Shown here: positions 1 to 9,797 of the stretch, piece by piece
Layout of the letters: the number at the start of each line of letters is the position of its first letter
How positions within the stretch are numbered: the stretch's first letter is position 1
Assembly: GCA_965205025.1 (NCBI GenBank)
Contig: CBDBFU010000003.1
Location: 64,001 to 128,000, forward strand
Source: Candidatus Poribacteria bacterium
GTDB lineage: Bacteria; Poribacteria; WGA-4E; WGA-3G
Reading direction: 5' to 3'
DNA: 64,000 nucleotides
Made by a program: the position numbers and the translations under genes
Notes under the pieces: generated by a model
Databases searched by the model: none
What the model was told of the DNA's origin: nothing
The model's input: only the letters and a program-made list of their open reading frames with translations

Positions 1-112
1 CATAGATGTTGCTATTCTCGTTATGGATGGCACTAAAGACGATTTTTGCGTGTGAAGTTGCTGCAAATAGAAAAAGCAGACCTATCAGCAAGATTAAACG
101 TAGAATATTCAT
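1..112 (-). CDS. 5' part of a TolB-like/PD40 beta-propeller secreted protein (runs off the window start); tandem paralog of 248..1258
   Basis: Reverse strand reads MNILRLILLIGLLFLFAATSHAKIVFSAIHNENSNIY, near-identical to the N-terminus of 248..1258; same upstream GGAG RBS context. Confidence 0.85.
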   Translation of the reverse strand, partial: MNILRLILLIGLLFLFAATSHAKIVFSAIHNENSNIY

Positions 113-155
113 CAGATCTCCTATGGTATGTTATTGATAAAAGGATTAGACTTTC

Positions 156-216
156 GTAGGAAGGGATTCCGACCTCCGATCTTATCTTCTGTAGGAGCGA
201 CCTCCTGGTCGCGACA
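156..216. repeat. Two GTAG-type REP-like half elements
   Basis: gtaggaagggattccgacctccga and gtaggagcgacctcctggtcgcgac; the second matches the full palindrome at 46963-47006. Confidence 0.7.
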
Positions 217-247
217 TAATTTATTGATATATAATTTAGGGGCCATA

Positions 248-1258
248 TTACCTATCGGTATATGCCTTCTTGAGTTCAGACCAACGTACCGATTTCTTGC
301 CAACAGGTGAAACCGATAACGGGCCTTCATGCCAATCCGCCCTACTACCCTCAGTCAAATGTGTGAATGTATTTGATTTAAGGTCGTATTTATAGATTTG
401 AGATGGAGGATGCTGGTTGTGTACAGTATCATATTCAAACGCACTGAACAAAACAGTCTGATCACCATCCATCCAGGCAAGAGAGGTAGTATACAAATTA
501 TCCGGTATCTCTAATACTTGTTTTTTATCATCGACGAGACTATGTATGATAACCCGAGAACGTCCAAACCTTCCTTGCCCAGGAACATCTTGATTCTCAT
601 CTTTTACAAAAACCAGTTCTCTTTCAAAATACACAATCTGTTTTCCATCAGAAGACCATCTCGGATAAGCATGATATAGACGTCCTCTTTTAGGATCGGA
701 TTCTGTCCATTGGCGTCGATTGTCTCCGTTGGCATCCATTATCCAAAGGTGTTTATCAGCAAACTGATGGTCATCGTTGACATACACAATCTGTTTTCCA
801 TCGGGTGACCAGTCAATTTCATTTATATGCGATCTGGTGATTTGTATTATTTCACCTGAATCAATCACTATCATGTTCTGATTTGAAAAGTTTTGAGTAA
901 AAAGAAGCTTCTTACCGTCAGGTGAATACGCTAAATCAATCATTCGAACTTTTTCATAGTGCGTGAGTTGCTTCACATCTGTTCCGTCTGCCTGCATGAT
1001 GTAGACATTTTGATTTCCTTCTTGGTCTGGTAGCCTTGTGTTACGCACAAATGCAATCCGGGCACCATCAGGAGACCAATATGTTCTACTGTCATAATAT
1101 GGTGTATTAGTAATTTGTTTTATGTTTTCACCGTTATCGTCCATGACATAGATGTTACTATTCTTGTTATGGGATGAACTAAAGACGATTTTTGCGTGTG
1201 AAGTTGCTACAAATAGAATCAATAGACTTGCCAATAAGATTATCCGTAGAGTATTCAT
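248..1258 (-). CDS. TolB-like (PD40 repeat) secreted beta-propeller protein with C-terminal VSPVGKKSVRWSELK motif
   Basis: Signal peptide; repeated WSPDG/YSPDG/WSSDG motifs and IYVMDxxG..QIT repeats. Confidence 0.85.
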   Translation of the reverse strand: MNTLRIILLASLLILFVATSHAKIVFSSSHNKNSNIYVMDDNGENIKQITNTPYYDSRTYWSPDGARIAFVRNTRLPDQEGNQNVYIMQADGTDVKQLTHYEKVRMIDLAYSPDGKKLLFTQNFSNQNMIVIDSGEIIQITRSHINEIDWSPDGKQIVYVNDDHQFADKHLWIMDANGDNRRQWTESDPKRGRLYHAYPRWSSDGKQIVYFERELVFVKDENQDVPGQGRFGRSRVIIHSLVDDKKQVLEIPDNLYTTSLAWMDGDQTVLFSAFEYDTVHNQHPPSQIYKYDLKSNTFTHLTEGSRADWHEGPLSVSPVGKKSVRWSELKKAYTDR

Positions 1259-1773
1259 CAGATATCTCCTATGGTCTGTTTTGTAATTATAGGAGCAATT
1301 AATGTGCCAAAACTATATAGATGAATTGTTGTGATGCTGCACAATTTAGGGCATTTTTAAGGGTTGTTGCACTTTACGGTGCAAGTTATACCATTTCAGA
1401 TAATTACAATCTCTTTAATGTAGCATAAACTTCCAGTTTGTGCGGTATTTCAAGACATGCTTAGCAACTTTTCAAAAGTGAGATAGAATACCTAATTATT
1501 TTAGATGTATGGATAATGTGAATGGAAAGAAATGTTAATATTTATTGTTCTGAAATGATTGTACTTTCACGGAAACCTTCACGGAGCAATTCTACGAACC
1601 CTTACTATATAAGGGTTTTTAAATTTAATCACCCATTTTTCCGTGAATCACATACGTTAATATATATTTAACTTAGGTGCAAACGGAATGCATTTTATTA
1701 GATATATCCCTTGCATGATCATCCCATCTTACCTATAATAATTGTATCTCAAGGGAATCACCAACGAATATAC

Positions 1774-4700
1774 ATGCCTTACGTCAACATCAAAACAACC
1801 CACAAACCCATCAAGACATACTATGCCGAACTGGATAAATACACTCAACTCGGTGCAGAAAACGAAGGTACAGTCCGAACAGCATTCCAAAATCTCCTTC
1901 AACACTATTGTGGTAAATCCAACCTAACACTCCTCTGCGAAAGAACAAAACATATCGCTGAAAATAGACGTATCACACCAGATGGGGAAGTGGTAGACTC
2001 CTACGGAATTCCACACGGATATTGGGAAGCAAAAGACACACAAGACGATCTACATACTGAAGCAAACAAAAAATTCGCTGCTGGATATCCATCCAAAAAC
2101 ATCGTCTTACAATCCCCGACACATGCACTCCTATATCAACACGATGAACTGCAACTCGACCTTGATCTGACAGAACCAAGAAACCTTGTACAAGTCCTTG
2201 AATCCTTTTTTGCCTATCAGGCAGAAAACATCTCCGCATGGCACGCAGCAGTTGCAGAATTCAAGGAGATGGTGCCGGACTTAGGCAAGCAATTAGCAGA
2301 GTTAATAGAAAACGAACGTCAAAACAATTCGCATTTCCATGAAGCATTCTCTAAATTCCATCAGCAGTGTCAAGCTTCAATAAATCCGAACCTATCTATA
2401 CCTGCAGTTGAGGAAATGCTCATTCAACATCTGTTGACAGAACGACTATTCAGAACTGTCTTCGACAATCCAGATTTCACACGTAGAAATATAATCGCGC
2501 GTGAAATTGAGAATGTCATTGATGTGTTAACAGAAAGATCCCTGAATAGATCCGAATTCCTCCGTCCGTTAGAACGTTTTTACACCACCATAGAAAAAAC
2601 TGCCAATACCATAACCGATTTCTCACAGAAACAGAGTTTTTTAAATACGGTATATGAACAGTTTTTTCAAGGATTCTCAGTTAAAGTTGCAGATACACAT
2701 GGGATCGTCTACACCCCGCAACCGATAGTTGATTTTATGGTGAAAAGTGTAGAACATATCCTACAGAAAGAGTTTGGTCGGTCAATGGCAGATGAAGGTG
2801 TCCATATAATTGATCCATTTGTTGGAACTGGCAACTTCATTGTTCGGATCATGCAGGAACTTGATCCCATAGCATTAGAACGTAAATACACCGCAGATCC
2901 GCCAGAACTCCAGTGTAATGAGGTTATGTTGCTACCTTATTACATTGCGAATCTCAACATAGAACAACAGTTTTACACCAAAACCAACCGATATGCATCC
3001 TATGAAGGTCTCTGTCTTGTGGATACATTCGAGTTAGCAGAGGATAAACAGATTCCGCTTTTAGCACCAGAAAACACTCAACGTGTCGAAAAACAGAAGC
3101 AGACACCCATGTTTGTTGTTATCGGTAATCCACCTTACAATATGGGACAGGTTAATGAGAATGATAATAATCAGAATCGTAAATATGATACTATGGATAA
3201 ACGAGTTGCAGAAACCTACGTAAAAGACTCCCAAGCAACACTTAGAAATAAATTGTCAGATCCCTATGTAAAAGCGATTCGATGGGCATCAGATAGAATT
3301 GGAAAAGAAGGAATGGTTGCTTTTGTAACTAACAATGGATTTCTGGATGGTATAGCTTTTGATGGGATGCGAAAACATCTTGCTCAAGATTATAATATTA
3401 TCTACCATATTGATTTTAAAGGTAATGCTCGGACTTCTGGTGAACGACGAAGACAGGAAGGGGGTAATATCTTTGATGATCAGATAAGGGTTGGTATCGG
3501 GATTAGTTTCTTTATAAAAAAAGACAATTCTACTTCAAAATCCACAAGAGTTTTCATGCATTCAGTAGATAATTATTTAAAGGCAAATGAGAAACAGTCA
3601 ATATTAAGTCAATTTTCAGATATTTCAAATGTTTCATTCAAACAAATAAAGATAGATGAAAAGCATACATGGCTCACCGATGGATTGCACTCAGAGTTTT
3701 ATGACTATATTCCAATTGGTATTAAATCTTCAAAAAACCTTAATGATTCTCAAAGCACAATTTTTAATGTTTACTCCTTAGGAGTAGCGACAAATAGAGA
3801 TAACCTGGCATATTCATCTCATATGAATTTGTTAGAAGATAAAGTTAAAACATTCATTGAAATCTATAATTCAACCTTAGATCGAAGGAAAAGGTATGAT
3901 ACAGAATCCTCTGTGAATGAGTTAATAGATACTGATGATCCGCGGATTAAATGGACACGACAAGTTAAGAAATCTCTGGAAAAAATGGAGACTAACAATT
4001 ATGAAGTAACACACATACGTAGAGCATTATATAGACCGTTCAATAGTCAATATCTCTATTTTGATAATTTTTGGAATGAGGAAAGATATCAACAACATAG
4101 AATCTATCCAATTCAAGAAACCGAATTAGAAAATGTGTCAATCTGTGTTAGTGGAATTGGCGGCAAAAAACCATTCCAAACTTTGATTGTTGGTATAATA
4201 CCAGATCTTCATCTAACTGGTGATTCGCAATGTTTTCCTTTCTACACATACGACGAAGATGGTTCAAACAGACGAGAGAATATTACGGATTGGGCATTAA
4301 ATGCATTCCAAACACAATACAAAGACAACACCATCACCAAATGGGACATCTTCCACTATAATTACGGACTGTTACATCATCCCCGATATCGTGAAAAATA
4401 CCAAGCAAACCTAAAACGAGACCTACCCCATATCCCTTATGTCAAAGATTTCTGGGGATTTGCTAACGCTGGTGCACGGTTAGCAGAAATACATGTCAAC
4501 TACGAATCACAACCTGAATACGACAAACTCAATCTCATTCAAAACCCCGATGTTCCGCTGAATTGGCGTGTTGAGAAAATGAAACTCTCCAAAGACAAAA
4601 CATCGCTTGTTTATAACGACTTCCTGACGATTGACGGTATCCCACCGAAAGCCTTAGAATATCGTCTCGGCACACGTTCCGCATTGGAATGGATTGTTAA

Positions 4701-4869
4701 CCAATACTGTGTCAAAACCGACAAACGTAGTGGCATCGTCAACGACCCCAACCGAGAGGACGATCCACAATATATTGTTAGGTTAATCGGTCAGGTGATA
4801 ACTGTTAGTTTAGAGACTGTGGAGATTGTTGCTGGGTTACCTGCATTGGATATTCAAGATGTTGATTAA
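1774..4869 (+). CDS. Single-chain restriction-modification enzyme (type IIG / type ISP-like without helicase): PD-(D/E)xK nuclease, N6-adenine MTase and TRD
   Basis: RITPDG...YWEAKD nuclease motif, GIVYTP, IIDPFVGTGNF (motif I), VIGNPPY (motif IV), ISP-like C-terminus (YRPF, QCFPFY, RSALEWIVNQY). ATG at 1774 preferred over TTG at 1711. Confidence 0.88.
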   Translation: MPYVNIKTTHKPIKTYYAELDKYTQLGAENEGTVRTAFQNLLQHYCGKSNLTLLCERTKHIAENRRITPDGEVVDSYGIPHGYWEAKDTQDDLHTEANKKFAAGYPSKNIVLQSPTHALLYQHDELQLDLDLTEPRNLVQVLESFFAYQAENISAWHAAVAEFKEMVPDLGKQLAELIENERQNNSHFHEAFSKFHQQCQASINPNLSIPAVEEMLIQHLLTERLFRTVFDNPDFTRRNIIAREIENVIDVLTERSLNRSEFLRPLERFYTTIEKTANTITDFSQKQSFLNTVYEQFFQGFSVKVADTHGIVYTPQPIVDFMVKSVEHILQKEFGRSMADEGVHIIDPFVGTGNFIVRIMQELDPIALERKYTADPPELQCNEVMLLPYYIANLNIEQQFYTKTNRYASYEGLCLVDTFELAEDKQIPLLAPENTQRVEKQKQTPMFVVIGNPPYNMGQVNENDNNQNRKYDTMDKRVAETYVKDSQATLRNKLSDPYVKAIRWASDRIGKEGMVAFVTNNGFLDGIAFDGMRKHLAQDYNIIYHIDFKGNARTSGERRRQEGGNIFDDQIRVGIGISFFIKKDNSTSKSTRVFMHSVDNYLKANEKQSILSQFSDISNVSFKQIKIDEKHTWLTDGLHSEFYDYIPIGIKSSKNLNDSQSTIFNVYSLGVATNRDNLAYSSHMNLLEDKVKTFIEIYNSTLDRRKRYDTESSVNELIDTDDPRIKWTRQVKKSLEKMETNNYEVTHIRRALYRPFNSQYLYFDNFWNEERYQQHRIYPIQETELENVSICVSGIGGKKPFQTLIVGIIPDLHLTGDSQCFPFYTYDEDGSNRRENITDWALNAFQTQYKDNTITKWDIFHYNYGLLHHPRYREKYQANLKRDLPHIPYVKDFWGFANAGARLAEIHVNYESQPEYDKLNLIQNPDVPLNWRVEKMKLSKDKTSLVYNDFLTIDGIPPKALEYRLGTRSALEWIVNQYCVKTDKRSGIVNDPNREDDPQYIVRLIGQVITVSLETVEIVAGLPALDIQDVD

Positions 4870-5282
4870 CAAATTCTCGCAAAATAATTTGATATGTTGT
4901 AACCAGCGATTAAGAAAGAAAACAACTCTTCATGTACAGCAAACTGTTAGTTTGCTGATAATATCTATATCCTCCTAAAATTCTTTCCCATTCAAATTGT
5001 CCAAAGTTTAGAAATAACAATACAGGAGAGAATACCCCTCATATCCGCGTAATCTATTTAATCGGTGTAATCCGTGATTCAAATTACACCCGCATCAAGC
5101 CGAGATTTATACTGCAACCTCGTAAACCTATAGGAGCGGAGAAACACCCTACAGCGGTGTGATAGCGACACCCTTCTACTACTTTTTCCTTGAATAATAT
5201 GTTAAAATAAACTAATCTGTTAACCGAAATGCGATATAGGCGTTATTCTCATGGCGTAAAACTGAAGTTTGGGAGATTCACA

Positions 5283-5891
5283 ATGCTAAATGGACGGACG
5301 ATTTGTCTTGTGGTCCTCTGTGTCCTTTTTATTTCCTCTACGGTATTCGCGCAGACCGATACAATTATTGAGAAGATATTTGAATCAGAGACGCGAGTCC
5401 GCGAACATGTAAATCAGGAAGTCAAAGGCATTGAGACAAAAGTTGACAACCTTAGTACAAAGGTTGACAACCTTAGTACAAAGGTTGGAACTCTCAGTGA
5501 AGATGTAAGAGAAAATAAGACGAATATAGGGAACATGAAAGAGGACATACGCGAATTAAAAGGGGCGGTGGATCGGATTTGGTACGGCATATTAGGGATC
5601 TTGGGAACTTTGATACTTTCTATAGTCGGTTTTTTTCTCAGGTCATGGTGGCAAAATCGAGGTAAGGCAGAAAATGTGAACGTGGTAGATAGCTTAGCCG
5701 ATCAAATCACCAACCTTACCTCAGCACAAGCAGAAAATTCAGCACAAATCACCAGACTCATCTCAGCACAAATGGAAATTTCAGCAACGAGAAACGTTCC
5801 CGGTCACCCCCAAGTACTGAGTTTGGAGGAGTTAGACGAGTTAACAGGCGACATAAGGTCTGAACGTTATGATGAAATGGAAAGAATCTGA
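5283..5891 (+). CDS. Exported coiled-coil protein with a single TM helix
   Basis: Signal peptide, heptad repeat KVDNLST x2 (21-bp duplication), TM IWYGILGILGTLILSIVGFFL; GGGAG RBS before ATG 5283. Confidence 0.7.
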   Translation: MLNGRTICLVVLCVLFISSTVFAQTDTIIEKIFESETRVREHVNQEVKGIETKVDNLSTKVDNLSTKVGTLSEDVRENKTNIGNMKEDIRELKGAVDRIWYGILGILGTLILSIVGFFLRSWWQNRGKAENVNVVDSLADQITNLTSAQAENSAQITRLISAQMEISATRNVPGHPQVLSLEELDELTGDIRSERYDEMERI

Positions 5892-6799
5892 TGGAACACA
5901 CTAAGAACCCTACATCCGCAGAAGCCTATGTCGAGAGGGGTAATGAATTATACGATCAAGGTAATTTTCAGGCTGCTATTTCCGATTTTGACGAGGCAAT
6001 CCGTCTTGACCCTGAATATGCCATCGCATACAACAACCGAGGAGACGCCAAAGACGAGTTGGGAGACTTTGAAGCTGCTATTTCCGATTTTGACGAGGCA
6101 ATCCGACTTGACCCTGAATATGCAACAGCCTACTACAACCGAGGAAACGTCAAAAGCAAACTGGATGACCTTGCAGCTGCTATTTCCGATTTTGACGAGG
6201 CAATCCGACTTGACCCTGAATATACGGGTGCATACAACAACCGAGGAAACGCCAAAAGCAAACTGGATGACCTTGTAGCTGCTATTTCCGACTATGACGA
6301 GGCGATACGGATAAACCCCGAATATGCGGGTGCATACAACAACCGAGGAAACGCCAATAACAAACTGGGAAAATATTTTCAAGCCATTTCCGATTATGAC
6401 CAAGCGATCCGTCTTGACCCTGAATATGTGGACGCCTACTACAACCGAGGAAACGCCAAACTTCGACTGGGACACCCCGAGGCTGCTATCGCTGATTATG
6501 ACGAGCTTATTCGTCTCAACCCTAATGATGGGGATGCCTACTACAACCGAGGTGTTGCCAAAAGCCGATTAGGAGAGCATTTTGCTGCGATTTCTGATTA
6601 TGATGAGGTGATACGACTTGACCCTAATGAAGCGAAAGCCTATAACAACCGAGGCTTTATGAAAAGTCAATTGGGACACCTCAAGGCTGCGATTTCTGAT
6701 TTTGACGAGGCGATACGACTTGACCCCGAACATACGATAGCCTACACAAATCGAGAAAACGCCAAAAAAGAACTTAGAGAACGCCAGAAAGAAACTTAA
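5891..6799 (+). CDS. Tetratricopeptide repeat protein (8 TPRs)
   Basis: 34-aa repeats AYNNRGNAK...AAISDFDEAIRLDP; TGATG overlap with the upstream gene. Confidence 0.95.
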   Translation: MEHTKNPTSAEAYVERGNELYDQGNFQAAISDFDEAIRLDPEYAIAYNNRGDAKDELGDFEAAISDFDEAIRLDPEYATAYYNRGNVKSKLDDLAAAISDFDEAIRLDPEYTGAYNNRGNAKSKLDDLVAAISDYDEAIRINPEYAGAYNNRGNANNKLGKYFQAISDYDQAIRLDPEYVDAYYNRGNAKLRLGHPEAAIADYDELIRLNPNDGDAYYNRGVAKSRLGEHFAAISDYDEVIRLDPNEAKAYNNRGFMKSQLGHLKAAISDFDEAIRLDPEHTIAYTNRENAKKELRERQKET

Positions 6800-6879
6800 G
6801 TAACCCTCTTCCTTTCATTCATCCACCCATCCAATAAATCCCGTTCTGACGACTTACCGCTCATTTGATACCTTGATTT

Positions 6880-7135
6880 GGTAGGGACGGTATGTCTATA
6901 GAATATATGTCTTAAAATATACTGAGTCCCGGGGAATGTCTAAATGACATTCATACCGTTGATTCCTTGATTTCTTGATTCGTGGTACGAAAGGTGTATA
7001 GAAACGCATTACCTCACCAAAGTCCAAGCCCCAGCGGGGCGAAATGTATGTAGAAAAGGTGAAACCCAGAAAAAAAGCCCCGGTGAATGCCATACGCGCA
7101 TTCATACCGTTGATTCGAGGGGCGAAATGTGTATT
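6880..7135. repeat. Cluster of REP-like palindromes with two copies of the gaatg-N-cattcataccgttgattc module
   Basis: gtagggacggtatgtctatagaa, gagtccc, gccccagcggggcgaaatg; modules at 6931-6966 and 7083-7116. Confidence 0.7.
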
Positions 7136-7230
7136 GATGTAGTTTTGATTCAGATGACTGCTTTAATATCAGATCAACCTAAAATATCTGATTTTTATCT
7201 AAACTATAGTAATGGTCAATAGGAGAAATA

Positions 7231-8196
7231 ATGGCAAAAAGTGTTCAACTCAAAGTACCTGTTGCACTGAATAACCAAAATAGGTTGTGTACTCCGGAAC
7301 AAGCAATTAAGGAACATGACTATACTTGTCCATCATGCCAAGATAGAGTTATTCTTAGAAAAGGCACTAAAAAAACTGCCCATTTCGCCCATAAGTTTAG
7401 TGAAGTGTGTAATCAAGAAACAATCCTCCATAAAACTGCGAAACATCTAATTGTTCAGACTATCTCTGATTGGAAATCTGGACATGGTGATGTACCTATC
7501 CTTCAAAAAGTTTGTGAAGTCTGCAAGGATACCATCAAACAACCACTACCGGATAAAGTCGAATCCGCTGTGTTGGAACACAGGATGGATGAGGGTTTTA
7601 TTGTAGATGTAGCGCTCATGGTTAAAGGAGCACCGGCTGCAGCCGTGGAAATTCGCGCATCTCATGCTGTAGATGAAAAGAAAGCACAATCAATTTCAAT
7701 ACCTTTTATTGAACTTGACGCACACAAAGTTATAGAAAATCCTAACATCTTCTTACCTATTCGCGATACTTTCAATTGGCGTTGTCATAAATGTGAAAAC
7801 GCTGAAAAAGATTTCGAAGCGAAAGTAAACAGGATTTCTAAGCAAACAAGTGTTCCGCTTCCCACTGGTAAATACTATCGGTACGGTCCCGGAAGATGCT
7901 ATAAATGCAAAAGGGAAATAATCATTTTTGCCTGGCCTAAAGCATCTGAATGGGATAGTTCCCAGCCGAAAGAGAAACCGATACCAAAAACAATTCAATT
8001 GCGGTATGGACATACTATAGGAAAAAAATATTGGGTTAATACCTGTCCATATTGCAAGGCAATTCAAGGTGATTTTTTTCTTTTTTATGAGTTTGAATGT
8101 CCATTTTTCGGTATCAAGAGGAAAGATTCGAAACAAAGTTATGATGAAGACATGCAAACTATCGTTCGGAACACTCTAATTCACGACTTATGCTAA
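7231..8196 (+). CDS. CoiA-like protein (Zn ribbon plus PD-(D/E)xK nuclease) with C-terminal Zn-binding domain
   Basis: YTCPSC...HFAH, ETILHKTAK, IVDVAL...AVEIRASH, further CxxC pairs. Confidence 0.75.
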   Translation: MAKSVQLKVPVALNNQNRLCTPEQAIKEHDYTCPSCQDRVILRKGTKKTAHFAHKFSEVCNQETILHKTAKHLIVQTISDWKSGHGDVPILQKVCEVCKDTIKQPLPDKVESAVLEHRMDEGFIVDVALMVKGAPAAAVEIRASHAVDEKKAQSISIPFIELDAHKVIENPNIFLPIRDTFNWRCHKCENAEKDFEAKVNRISKQTSVPLPTGKYYRYGPGRCYKCKREIIIFAWPKASEWDSSQPKEKPIPKTIQLRYGHTIGKKYWVNTCPYCKAIQGDFFLFYEFECPFFGIKRKDSKQSYDEDMQTIVRNTLIHDLC

Positions 8197-8200
8197 TGTT

Positions 8201-8433
8201 TACTATAGTATGTACAATTTTAGACATAGCACTCCGCTGGAGTGCAGGATTGCTATGCTTCACTGCTATAGACATATTGCTCCGCTGGAGCAAGACGCAC
8301 AACTTATCCGTGTGTTAGATGCAATCAATAGTGAACTAACTACACCGACCTTACGATGTCTCCTCACGCCAGCGGCGTGATATGTCTATAGAAATAAGAG
8401 CCAGACAGCCCCGCACTCCAGCGGAGTGCTATG
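8201..8433. mobile_element. ~235-bp REPIN/MITE-like element built from gcactccgctggagtgc palindromes; inverted copy at 48050-48288
   Basis: Colinear reverse-complement match to 48050-48288 over the whole length. Confidence 0.85.
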
Positions 8434-8462
8434 TAAGTAAATAGGTGGCAACTTGGGTTATA

Positions 8463-8576
8463 ATACCATTTCTAAAAAATGGGTTCGCATTACAGGCTTT
8501 TGTTAAATGTAATCTAATACACCACAAACTAACAGTATGTGCTACAAAAAGAGACATCTTCAATTAGAAATGGTAT
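8463..8576. mobile_element. MITE family A (TIR ataccatttcta...tagaaatggtat)
   Basis: 12-bp terminal inverted repeats; related copy at 34173-34433, single ends near 1389 and 12595. Confidence 0.7.
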
Positions 8577-8646
8577 AATAATTTTTGATAATAACCTCTA
8601 TCATAAGCAACTATTATCATACTTTTTTCACACATAGAGAACAACA

Positions 8647-9252
8647 ATGATTACTAAGACATATCTACAATCATTAGAATGGGAAGAAAAGCGTAAAACC
8701 AAGTTAAAGGATTGTAAATTTAAGTGCGAATGTGAGGGTGGATGTGTTCGCAAAGCGACACATGTACATCACCTACATCATTATACTTTAGGATATGAAA
8801 GCATGGAAGATTTACAAGCTTTCTGTTCAAAATGCTACCATACTAAATATTCTATATTTCGTAATTTCTATGGCAATCCTGTTCGGGATTGTTGTCTTGT
8901 TGGGGAACAACAAGAAGTAGAAAAGACACTCCCGTATGATGTTTGGAAGGAGGCAAATTTTCATTTACAGATGGACACTCCGAAATACAGTTTGATAGCT
9001 GAGAAAATAGGCACAGACCCTATTATCGCTGCACTACTGGATAATCTTGGAATCATGTTTGCGTGTGATGAGTTGGCTGTAACGGATAAAGTTACAGAGG
9101 TAATAAATAAATTCGCAGATGTCGTTCCTGCAAGGCAAGCTAATTTAGAAGGTTATTGTGATATTGCCTATAAGATAAAACCTGAATTTGAAAAGTATTT
9201 TAAAATTTCATCCGATACCAACATTGATGAGAATGAACAAGGATCGTTATGA
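8647..9252 (+). CDS. HNH endonuclease-like N-terminal domain fused to an uncharacterised C-terminal domain
   Basis: YLQSLEWEEKR..C..C..HVHHLHH..LGYE...DL..FCSKCYH pattern typical of small HNH proteins. Confidence 0.65.
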   Translation: MITKTYLQSLEWEEKRKTKLKDCKFKCECEGGCVRKATHVHHLHHYTLGYESMEDLQAFCSKCYHTKYSIFRNFYGNPVRDCCLVGEQQEVEKTLPYDVWKEANFHLQMDTPKYSLIAEKIGTDPIIAALLDNLGIMFACDELAVTDKVTEVINKFADVVPARQANLEGYCDIAYKIKPEFEKYFKISSDTNIDENEQGSL

Positions 9253-9583
9253 CTTCACTATTATGTAGTTTTCTCGTACGACCGCGTTTCTCAGAAACGG
9301 GTGTTGCAGGCAGTTGGTTTGTGTGAGTTGTCTAAACCACAGATTACACGGATTAGAGTGTTTGGAGAGGGTAAGGAGTAAGATCACAAACTAAAAGTTT
9401 GTGGTACAAAGATGGGTTTTCTGAATCTCGGATTATGCGGATAAGAGTTTTTGTCTGTGAGAATCTTCTTCAATAGAAATGTAAGAATCGGGGATCGGAA
9501 TCCCCTCCCACAGAAGAGTTAATGCTTAAATTGACAATTTTAGTGACAAAAAGTTTACACACCTAATATATAAGGAGAAATCT

Positions 9584-9797
9584 ATGGGAATCATAGATTG
9601 ATTTTGGTGAGGAAACTCCTGATCCTATGGAAGATTCATATAAAGGTGACACTCAACCATTATCACCTGAGGAATTTAAAACACTATTAGATGAGTTAAC
9701 GGACATAAGTATGAAATTTACAAGGTCTGATGTTAAACCATTATCCGATTACGCAGTAAGTCGTGAAGGTATATATGAAGGCCATCCAAAATTATGA
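9584..9797 (+). pseudogene. Antitoxin gene (VapB-like partner) frameshifted by a 4-bp GATT duplication
   Basis: AGGAG RBS; removing one gatt gives MGIIDFGEETPDP...LSDYAVSREGIYEGHPKL*; ATGA overlap with a PIN start. Confidence 0.6.

Noticed and set aside
5928-6572. Alternative-frame and antisense ORFs over the TPR gene (and similar shadow ORFs elsewhere)
   Set aside because: By-products of repeats and codon bias within established genes.
5891-6799. TPR DNA repeats as a DGR template/variable pair
   Set aside because: No reverse transcriptase in the window, differences are not adenine-specific, and the period equals the TPR length.
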